The notes beneath the pieces are model-generated. The model searched no databases. It had not been told where the DNA came from and saw nothing but the letters and a program-made list of their open reading frames with translations. DNA of 64,000 nt, taken from positions 1 through 64,000 of the forward strand of contig RSEE01000049.1 in the NCBI GenBank assembly GCA_003971905.1. Reading direction: 5' to 3'. Origin of the DNA: Moniliella sp. 'wahieum' (taxonomy: Eukaryota). Position numbers and translations under genes: made by a program. Positions 1-9,195 of this stretch are shown here, in pieces; position 1 is the first letter of the stretch; the number at the start of each line of letters is the position of its first letter.

Positions 1-2574
1 AGAGTATGCCGAGGCGATAGCGACTACCCGAAGGAGGAGAGTTATGCCGAGGCGATAGCGAGTACCGAAGGGGAGAGAGTTATGCCGAGGCGATAGCGAG
101 CTACCCGAAGGGGAGAGAGAGTTATGCCGAGGCGATAGCGAGCTACCCGAAGGGGAGAGGAGTTATGCCGAGGCGATAGCGAGCTACCCGAAGGGGAGAG
201 AGTTATGCCGAGGCGGATAGCGAGCTACCCGAAGGGGAGAGAGTTATGCCGAGGCGATAGCGAGCTACCCGAAGGGGAGAGAGTTATGCCGAGGCGATAG
301 CGAGCTACCCGAAGGGGAGAGAGTTATGCCGAGGCGCGATAGCGAGCTACCCGAAGGGGAGAGAGTTATGCCGAGGCGATAGCGACCCGAAGGGGAGAGA
401 GTTATGCCGAGGCGATAGCGAGCTACCCGAAGGGGAGAGAGTTATGCCGAGGCGATAGCGAGCTACCCGAAGGGGAGAGAGTTATGCCGAGGGCGATAGC
501 GAGCTACCCGAAGGGGAGAGAGTTATGCCGAGGCGATAGCGAGCTACCCGAAGGGGAGAGAGTTATGCCGAGGCGATAGCGAGCTACCCGAAGGGGAGAG
601 AGTTATGCCGAGGCGATAGCGAGACCCGAAGGGGAGAGAGTTATGCGAGGCGATAGCGAGCTACCCGAAGGGGAGAGAGTTATGCCGAGGCGATAGCGAG
701 CTACCCGAAGGGGAGAGAGTTATGCCGAGGCGATAGCGAGCTACCCGAAGGGGAGAGAGTTATGCCGAGGCGATAGCGAGCTACCCGAAGGGGAGAGAGT
801 TATGCCGAGGCGATAGCGAGCTACCCGAAGGGGAGAGAGTTATGCCGAGGCGATAGCGAGCTACCCGAAGAAGGGGAGAGAGTTATGCCGAGGCGATAGC
901 GAGCTACCCGAAGGGGAGAGAGTTATGCCGAGGCGATAGCGAGCTACCCGAAGGGGAGAGAGAGTTATGCCGAGGCGATAGCGAGCTACCCGAAGGGGAG
1001 AGAGTTATGCCGAGGCGATAGCGAGCTACCCGAAGGGGAGAGAGTTATGCGAGGCGATAGCGAGCTACCCGAAGGGGAGAGAGTTATGCCGAGGCGATAG
1101 CGAGCTACCCGAAGGGGAGAGAGTTATGCCGAGGCGATAGCGAGCTACCCGAAGGGGAGAGAGTTATGCCGAGGCGATAGCGAGCTACCCGAAGGGGAGA
1201 GAGTTATGCCGAGGCGATAGCGATACCCGAAGGGGAGAGGGGAGAGAGTTATGCCGAGGCGATAGCGAGCTACCCGAAGGGGAGAGAGTTATGCCGAGGC
1301 GATAGCGAGCTACCCGAAGGGGAGAGAGTTATGCCGAGGCGATAGCGAGCTACCCGAAGGGGAGAGAGTTATGCCGAGGCGATAGCGAGCTACCCGAAGG
1401 GGAGAGAGAGAGAGTTATGCCGAGGCGATAGCGAGCTACCCGAAGGGGAGAGAGTTATGCCGAGGCGATAGCGAGCTACCCGAAGGGGAGAGAGTTATGC
1501 CGAGGGCGATAGCGAGCTACCGAAGGGGAGAGAGTTATGCCGAGGCGATAGCGAGCTACCCGAAGGGGAGAGAGTTATGCCGAGGCGATAGCGAGCTACC
1601 GAAGGGGAGAGAGTTATGCCGAGGCGATAGCGAGCTACCCGAAGGGGAGAGAGTTATGCCGAGGCGATAGCGAGCTACCGAAGGGAGAGAGTTATGCCGA
1701 GGCGATAGCGAGCTACCCGAAGGGGAGAGAGTTATGCCGAGGCGATAGCGAGCTACCGAAGGGGAGAGAGTTATGCCGAGGCGATAGCGAGCTACCCGAA
1801 GGGGAGAGAGTTATGCCGAGGCGATAGCGAGCTACCCGAAGGGGGAGAGTTATGCCGAGGCGATAGCGAGCTACCCGAAGGGGAGAGAGTTATGCCGAGG
1901 CGATAGCGAGCTACCCGAAGGGGAGAGAGTTATGCCGAGGCGATAGCGAGCTACCCGAAGGGGAGAGAGTTATGCCGAGGCGATAGCGAGCTACCGAAGG
2001 GGAGAGAGTTATGCCGAGGCGATAGCGAGCTACCCGAAGGGGAGAGAGTTATGCCGAGGCGATAGCGAGCTACCCGAAGGGGAGAGAGTTATGCCGAGGC
2101 GATAGCGAGCTACCCGAAGGGGAGAGAGTTATGCCGAGGCGATAGCGAGCTACCCGAAGGGGAGAGAGTTATGCCGAGGCGATAGCGAGCTACCCGAAGG
2201 GAGAGAGTTATGCCGAGGCGATAGCGAGCTACCCGAAGGGGAGAGAGTTATGCCGAGGCGATAGCGAGCTACCCGAAGGGGAGAGAGTTATGCCGAGGCG
2301 ATAGCGAGCTACCCGAAGGGGAGAGAGTTATGCCGAGGCGATAGCGAGCTACCCGAAGGGGAGAGAGTTATGCCGAGGCGATAGCGAGCTACCCGAAGGG
2401 GAGAGAGTTATGCCGAGGCGATAGCGAGCTACCCGAAGGGGAGAGAGTTATGCCGAGGCGATAGCGAGCTACCCGAAGGGGAGAGAGTTATGCCGAGGCG
2501 ATAGCGAGCTACCCGAAGGGGAGGAGAGTTATGCCGAGGCGATAGCGAGCTACCCGAAGGGGAGAGAGTTATGC
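1..2574. repeat. Tandem array of a 40-bp unit GAGTTATGCCGAGGCGATAGCGAGCTACCCGAAGGGGAGA (~64 copies), running off the window start; candidate telomeric/terminal satellite
   Basis: The 40-bp periodicity is directly visible. Variants are almost only 1-4 bp indels in homopolymer and GA runs. The array ends at ...GAGTTATGC (2574). Confidence 0.97.
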
Positions 2575-2650
2575 TAGCTCGCTACGAAATCGTCCGCTCT
2601 ATGCAGCATATGGCCTCAGATTTCCAATCCGACGCACCGTTCAAAAGTTA

Positions 2651-2700
2651 CACCCACCCATCCCTAACCCTACCCACCCCGACCCAACCCACCCCACCTC
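2651..2700 (+). repeat. Degenerate C-rich tract containing CCCTAACCCTA (telomere-like relic)
   Basis: CACCCACCCATCCCTAACCCTACCCACCCCGACCCAACCCACCCCACC; CCCTAACCCTA lies at 2662-2672 in left-telomere orientation. Confidence 0.45.
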
Positions 2701-3075
2701 CGATGGCCTCTGGACCTTAGTACAACATCATGTCGAGCTATGCCCCAAAGGACACCGAATATGGTGTCTGCCATGTAGATCAGGAGGCGTGCTGAAAAAA
2801 ATATTTTTGCGTTGGGTTGGGTGGGGGTAGGTGGTGGGGACGGCCTTCCGGGTGGTGGTGGCGCGGTGGTGGTGGCGGCCGGCGGCGTTGCTATTTAATT
2901 AATGCCTGTCACCGTTGGGCGGTCACTGGTCAGGCCGGCGGGACGGAGCGTCGTCACGTCAGGCCTGTCACCGGTCGGGAGTCAGCGGTTAGAGCCGCCA
3001 TCGTACCAGGTGCAGGCTGAAAAGAGCCTCAAATCGACACTAGTGCAGTTTGAAGGCTCCGGTGATCGTTTCATC

Positions 3076-3222
3076 GGTCACTCATACCAGATGTATCAAT
3101 GAACATATGTCTAGGTCACTCATACCAGATGTATCAATGAACATATGTCTAGTGTCAAATTGCATTTGTGGCCGTCAAATAATCGATCAGCCATACCAAC
3201 TGTATCACTGAACATACGTCTA
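3076..3222. repeat. 38-bp direct duplication plus a third diverged copy abutting the 28S fragment
   Basis: GGTCACTCATACCAGATGTATCAATGAACATATGTCTA at 3076-3113 and 3114-3151; CATACCAACTGTATCACTGAACATACGTCTA at 3192-3222. Confidence 0.9.
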
Positions 3223-4064
3223 GGCGCTGAAGCGTGTCTCCCATACCACACCTTTCGTGCCAGAGTTGTGCGAAAGAGTAGGCAGGCGCGGGGGTTTGTG
3301 CCGAAGCGTTGGGCGTGAGCCTGCGTGGAACGGCCCTGGTGCAGATCTTGGTGGCAGTAGCAAATATTCAAGCGAGTAACCTTGAAGACTGAAGTGGAGA
3401 AAGGTTCCATGGTAACAGCAGTTGGACATGGGTGAGCCGATCCTAACCGATAGGCTGATGCTGATCCATAGCACCCTTTTGGGGGGTGTGGTTCGGGAAA
3501 GGGAAGACGGTTAAGATTCCGTCGCCGGGATGAGGATGTATGGAGCGCGGTAACGCAAGCAAGCCAGGAGACGCTGGCGAGTACCCCAGGAAGAGTTTTC
3601 TTTTCTGCTTAACCATGCTGAGAATGCGCCGTGGAATCGGGTTATCCGGAGAGACGGTGCAGGGCGTGGGAAGAGTGCTGGCGCTACGCTGGCATCTGGT
3701 GTGTGTGCTCGACGGCCCGTGAAAATCCTGGTGCGTGTCTAGTCTCTCGCCCGGTCGTACTGATCACCGCAGCAGGTCTCCAAGGTGAAGAGCCTCTAGT
3801 TGAAACGAGAACGTAGGTAAGGGAAGTCGGCAAATTTGATCCGTAACTTTGGGAGAAGGATTGGCTCCAAGGCTTGGGTGCTGGCCGGGGCGTGCGGGTG
3901 GGCGGCCTGGGCTGCCGGGGGCGCAAGCTCCTAGCGGCTGGGCGGCGCGCTGCGGCGCGGTCCGAAAGGTGCGCTGAACAAGCGACTTGGAACTGGTACG
4001 GACGCGGGGAATCTGACTGTCTAATTAAAACATAGCATTGCGATGGCCATAACGTGGTGTGACG

Positions 4065-4098
<34 letters not shown>

Positions 4099-4114
4099 AG
4101 TGAAGAGATTCAAC

Positions 4115-4176
<62 letters not shown>

Positions 4177-4228
4177 TTAATTCGTGACGCGCATGAGTGG
4201 ATTAACGAGACTCCCAGTGTCCCTATCT
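3223..4228 (+). rRNA. 28S: Internal fragment of nuclear LSU (25S/28S) rRNA, truncated at both ends (rDNA relic)
   Basis: Conserved LSU blocks GGTGCAGATCTTGGTGG, GTGGAGAAAGGTTCC, CCGCAGCAGGTCTCCAAGGTGAA, GTAAGGGAAGTCGGCAA and GTAAACGGCGGGAGTAACTATGACTCTCTTAAGGTAGCCAAATGCCTCGTC. Starts mid-gene at GGCGCTGAAGCG and stops at TGTCCCTATCT. Confidence 0.95.
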
Positions 4229-4281
4229 GGTGGAGTTCCATCGCGGTTCTGAATCAAGTAGCATAATCGGCACTTCTGCCT

Positions 4282-4313
4282 CCTCCCTCTCTCTTCGGAG
4301 AGAGGGGGGTTTT
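4282..4313 (+). other. 12-bp stem with cUUCGg tetraloop followed by TTTT (3'-ETS-like or terminator-like hairpin)
   Basis: CCTCCCTCTCTC-TTCG-GAGAGAGGGGGG then TTTT, 54 bp downstream of the 28S breakpoint. The function is inferred. Confidence 0.5.
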
Positions 4314-4667
4314 GCGTCCCTGAAAGCCAACCCTACCGAACCATTCGACCAATTGACAATGAAAAAGGAGTGGAAAAGGAAGCGAATTTGTGTGTGGTCC
4401 CCTCCCCCTTTCCCTGTTGTGTCTTTTTGTTACCGATCCCCCTGTAAGGTTCTGACTTGTGGATATACTGACCCTCTTCCGACTGATGCATATACTGACC
4501 CCTCAGATGCTGCCTTCTGAATATATTGTCAAGGAAAACCACCCGGACGCAGTGTCTTCCGGCCATGCCCCGGGGAGTAGTGTTCGATTAGCCTTCACGG
4601 GACTGCTCTCCACACCCCCTACAGACTAATGCATGCCCCCATATCCCCTTACTCTACTACTACCACC

Positions 4668-4796
4668 ATCCGCCACCATAAACTTTCAACGCACCGCATC
4701 CCGTCCGATCTGCGAAGGTCACCACACAGCATCACCCAGTCAGTATATACCGCGATGGAAGATGAGGCCCACGTGGGAATCCTCAACACCGCCATT
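4668..4796 (+). pseudogene. 5S: Degenerate 5S rRNA copy
   Basis: ATCCGC..CCATA, GCACCGCATCCCGTCCGATCTGCGAAG, CCCAGTCAGTA, CCACGTGGGAATCCT, followed by CTTTT. Matches basidiomycete 5S but has insertions and a broken terminal helix. Confidence 0.8.
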
Positions 4797-7700
4797 CTTT
4801 CTGCACCCTCCTCCTCTTCATATTAGCCCACGCGCCTCTCGTTATACCAACACGTAGTCCCCTTCCAGAGCTCCGATGCGTACTAAGCGACGCCAGCCCC
4901 AACGCCCACCATTGAGCCGCTGTACACCCAACATATAGTAGTACCTCCCATGCCCCCTCGCCCCTGCCCAACGACCGACCCTCCAACTCCGCCCTCAATC
5001 TCAGTACCCCCTATTCACTCTCTTCTCTTCATACTAACACTTGGATGCAGCACCAGCCATTGGAGCTATGCCGTTCTTTCTTTAGACGTTAATAGTTTGG
5101 CTGTCGATTCATTCCCAACCCTATAGCACCGTATCAGCCCGTGCACGTGCACCGGTAGGGGGGGCATCACTATCGGTTTGGCCTGCAGCCGCCTGCTCTC
5201 TTTGCCCTCCACCGCTACCGCCACGTATGCCAAGGCATTGTTCCGGCCAGCACTTTCAGCATGTCTGTTGGCGCCATGCCTGCTAACGTTGGCAATGTGA
5301 TCAATGTGGGGTCTTTCGAGGAATTGTGGGTGCAACGCTCGGGGTAGATTCGCCGAAGCCGGTACTCGATCCCCTGTCTCTCGAAACAAGCGGGGCAGAC
5401 GGGTGCCCACGAAGATGTTCATTTGCAGATCCATCCTCCTCGCTACTTCGTGCAAAGTGGGATCATTCTTTGTCTCAACCCGGCGCGAAGTATCGAGACC
5501 AGTCTGTGTCACGGGCCAAGGCGGGATGGCAAGCCCAGCGGCACCTATGTGCGCCCTTCGCCATCCTAACCCCGTCCCAGTGCCCGTCTGCTCTATCTGA
5601 TCAAGGAGCTCGCTCCCAAGTCTTTTTCCAAGTCCCCATGTGGCTGGCGCGAATGCTAGCCGACGTCCAAGTCTACGTACTCAGCGACAATAGTCGCCTT
5701 CCGCCTCAATTGATTGAGGACCCCAGTTTCGTCGCTCCCAGCTTTCCGTTGCTCCCGTTTTCCCTTGCGATCTTGCGACGCTAGTCGCCCCATGCCTGTT
5801 TCTCTTACCTTTCTAGGCTGTCCGTGCGGCAGCCGTCTCCCTTGTTCTCCTCTGTTCCCCGTTCTCCCTCTGTTGCCTTGTTTCCCTTTTAGTCCCCCTG
5901 CCTGTTAGCAATGGCTCGTGGCTTTCCCCCACGGTCCATCTTGTCCCTTCGTCACCCCCCATCTTCGTCCTTCCCCCGCCTGTTGATTCTCTTCGCCTCC
6001 TGCCCACTTCTCGCCAATCGATTCAGTACAGGCAACTCTCCCGCTCTTAGTCGCCTTTCTACTCCCGGCTTAGATCGCCAGCCTTCGTCCTCAGCCTCAG
6101 TACTCCTAGTTCCCCCAGCCCGCGTGAGCCTCCTCGTGCCACGCCTCGGTCCAGCCCAGTTAAGCCGCGTGTGATCTGGTTCTTCGCCACGCCGCTCCCC
6201 GTCTCAGCCCAGTCTCAGTCCAGCAGCATCGGTCCTCTGCTGCCTTCCCCTTCCCTGAGCCCAAAGGCTTCAGACACGCTACTGCCGCCCAAGCCGGTGC
6301 TACGCAGCCTTGCCACACTTGCAGCCGCCTCTGCTATACGCCGAGAGGCCTCTCCTTGTCCCTAGCTCCGCAGCGGGCACACCAATCAGCTCAAGCGCGT
6401 CGTAACTACCGTGAGTCGTCCTTAGGACCTCCAAGGGATTGTACCCCTTAAACCCTCCGGGGTGGGCCCCCTGGCGGCGCCCGCCCGTGACAGTCTGTAT
6501 TCCGTTCCCCCCCCCCCCCCCCCCCCTCGCCGCCGCACACGTCCAAAAGGCATGCTGAACGCCAGCTTACACGTAGGTTGCATGTATGCAGTGCTTGCAG
6601 TATGTCCCTACCTTGCTTTTTTACCCATCATTGACCTTCACAGGTTACAATGTGCACCCCACCAACTGGACCCACTAGACTCCACCCTGGTGGGGGGGGG
6701 GGAGACAAGGGACCGCGCTGCAACTTGCGTTTACTTCGAAACTTGTGGGAAAAGGAACGTGGCATGGTCATTCGGCAACATCATCACACTTGACCATGTC
6801 GGTTATCCGCTCTACTGTTTTTTCCCCAGTCGACTGATAGAGAAACGGTTGGGCAATGTGTGCCTCTGCGCCTTGCTAGCACAGCACCTGGTCTTTGTTT
6901 TGTCACCTCCGAAGGCACCTCGTTCTCCGTACATGTTTTTCTACGTGGCCAGGGGACACGTGCTAGTCTGGGTGCTCTTCAGGGGCATGCACATGTTGGC
7001 TCCTATCGTCAAACCCCGGCAAACGGAATATTCGATGTTCGTTGCTTCATCATTGCTGCCTTCTCGCCCTTCGCCTACTTTCACCCCAACTCCTCAAAGA
7101 AGCCGCGCCCCTAGAAAGTGGATTGACTGTATTTCACTGGAACAGCGCGGCACAATGTTCGAGCACAACGTTCGACGCGCCTCTCAGTGCTTCATCCCCT
7201 GCCGCCCCAGGCGATCGTCTCTAACAGCATACCCAGCAAGGCACGCACTTCTTTCACCCGTCCACCTCATGTCACCGTCACGGCAAACCTCTGACACGTG
7301 TACAAGCGTAAATGGTGCCTTTCCCAGCTCGACCGCTTCAGTTGAAAGCGAGATATGCGAGGCGGAATGCAAAGACGTCAACGCCGCCCACACCTGGGGT
7401 GCCGGCAACTGGGTTATGCGTGTGGGGTCGGTGGGGGCGGCACTAGGAATTACCCACTCCCCTTCGATGGTCGGCAGGACGTGTAATTCATGCCTCTTAA
7501 AGCCAGCAGCGCCCAACCAAAAGCAGCATAGCCTGTGGGAGTTGCTAAGCCCTTTGGCCAAGGATGACGCGCCCCAACCTGACCTCACTCCCTGTCGGTG
7601 CGCTCGACAGCCCACCGCATTAGACTTCAGTTGTCTCGCCAAGACTGGTAGTACTTACCCCCACCCCACCCCCAAGGATTACCATTTGCCACAAACCGGG

Positions 7701-9195
7701 TGGGTGGTAACTTTTGTGCCCGACACGAGTGGTCCAATTTCATCTCAACTGCGCTTGGCCGAACCCCGTGAGCTTGTCGTGCCAGCATTCCTGTACGCTC
7801 GGAGCGAAGTCCTGTCACATGTCCGACGGACTGAGGAGCATTCATGGGATGGACATGATCTTTGCCTTGCCTAGCAACGCGGGTGCCAACAATGACGCCA
7901 TCCCGGTTGCGTCTGTCTGCATGGTAAGGCGGGGTTGGACGGTAGCCGGCCAGGATGGCGAGCTGAGCCGAATGCTCGCCAAGACGTGGGCTGGATGGGG
8001 TGCAGCGTCTGCTCGTTGTCTGTGACCTCTGATGACCTTGTGTGTAGGGCGTGTCCACTTGGTGCTTGAGTCTGGCTTGCGCCTCGAGTGATGGCACTAA
8101 AAGATAGCCGGCATGCTTCTTCGTACGTCCATCCTCCCAAGCACCCGTCGGCCGGGGCGTAATGCATGAGAACCACACGCTACAAGGTTCCTTCTCGTCT
8201 GACCCACGCCAAGGGCCCGAGGGGCGAGTTGACGGTGTGTAGTCGGATGTCCATCGAGTGTCTACCGAGGCGGGATGGGGGACACCGGGCGAGAAGAGGA
8301 GCTGCTGGCGGTGGCAGAGATGGGCTGCGAGGCTGAGTGTTGCGTCCGTCAGTCTTAGCCGCGCGGCGCAGGCGATCATCGATCAGGCGATCATGTCGAT
8401 CATCGATTATGGTAAGCACTGCAATATTGAAACGAGGCTGCGGGTGGGCGCTGGCTGCCGATGAGCGCTAATAAGCGTTCCCACTCATCGTGCTCATCCC
8501 CGCTCAGCCCCCGCACTCCTTGGCCCCTCGCCACCTCCTCCCGCCCTGTCGCCTCTGACTGTCGTGCGCGGTGCATGGGGCTTGGGGTGCAGCTGCATCT
8601 ACTCGACCCGCCATGATACGCAGGCACACGACGGGTGGGAGCGCGCGTCGCAGGGAAACCGCACCCACGCTACGCCAGACCCAGACCGCCGCAAGGCTGC
8701 AACCGGGCCGTCGAAGCGGCTAAGCTGCAGTCTGACCCCAACTCAATTCGAAGCCCAAGCCCGCCATTCCCAAAGCGGCTGTCGTGCACCAATGCTCAAT
8801 TCGAAGCCACGCTGGATCGCCACTGCGACGTGGCTTCGACGGGGACGTACTGAAGGGGATGCGTGTCTCCACATTGAAGAGAAGTGTTGGCTAACTCGCC
8901 GTGCCCCGCGCCGCCTATCTTCCAACTCGAGCCAAAAGGAAACCTCGCGTGCACTCTCGTTTCCTTCATCTCCTCTCTTGGACCCTCCATTACTCACGTT
9001 TTCTAAAATCAGGTTGAGTCGGTCGACGGCCGCCGCCACGTGCGGTACACCTGGGAGTCGGGGCCCATCCCATCCGTAATACGTCCCGCCCCTCACCCAT
9101 CCTGCGCCCCGTTTGCCTTCAGGACATTTTCTTCTACTAACCTTGCTTCATCCCTATCTATTGCTGCTATTGCTATGCACCGTATGCATACAGGT

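Noticed and set aside
1..2574. CRISPR array
   Set aside because: Units are head-to-tail identical with no unique spacers, there are no cas genes, and the context is eukaryotic.
4130..4230. Group I intron or homing endonuclease in the LSU
   Set aside because: The common insertion region around TTAAGGTAGCC is uninterrupted, and no P7 core or resumed exon is visible downstream.
6462..7874. 470-aa ORF in the subtelomeric region
   Set aside because: Non-ATG start, spans homopolymer runs and has no recognisable domain; probably spurious or decayed repeat DNA.
7800..8030. Possible second RecQ motif-I relic on the + strand (GMDMIFALPSNAG)
   Set aside because: The resemblance is too weak and no downstream helicase motifs were found.
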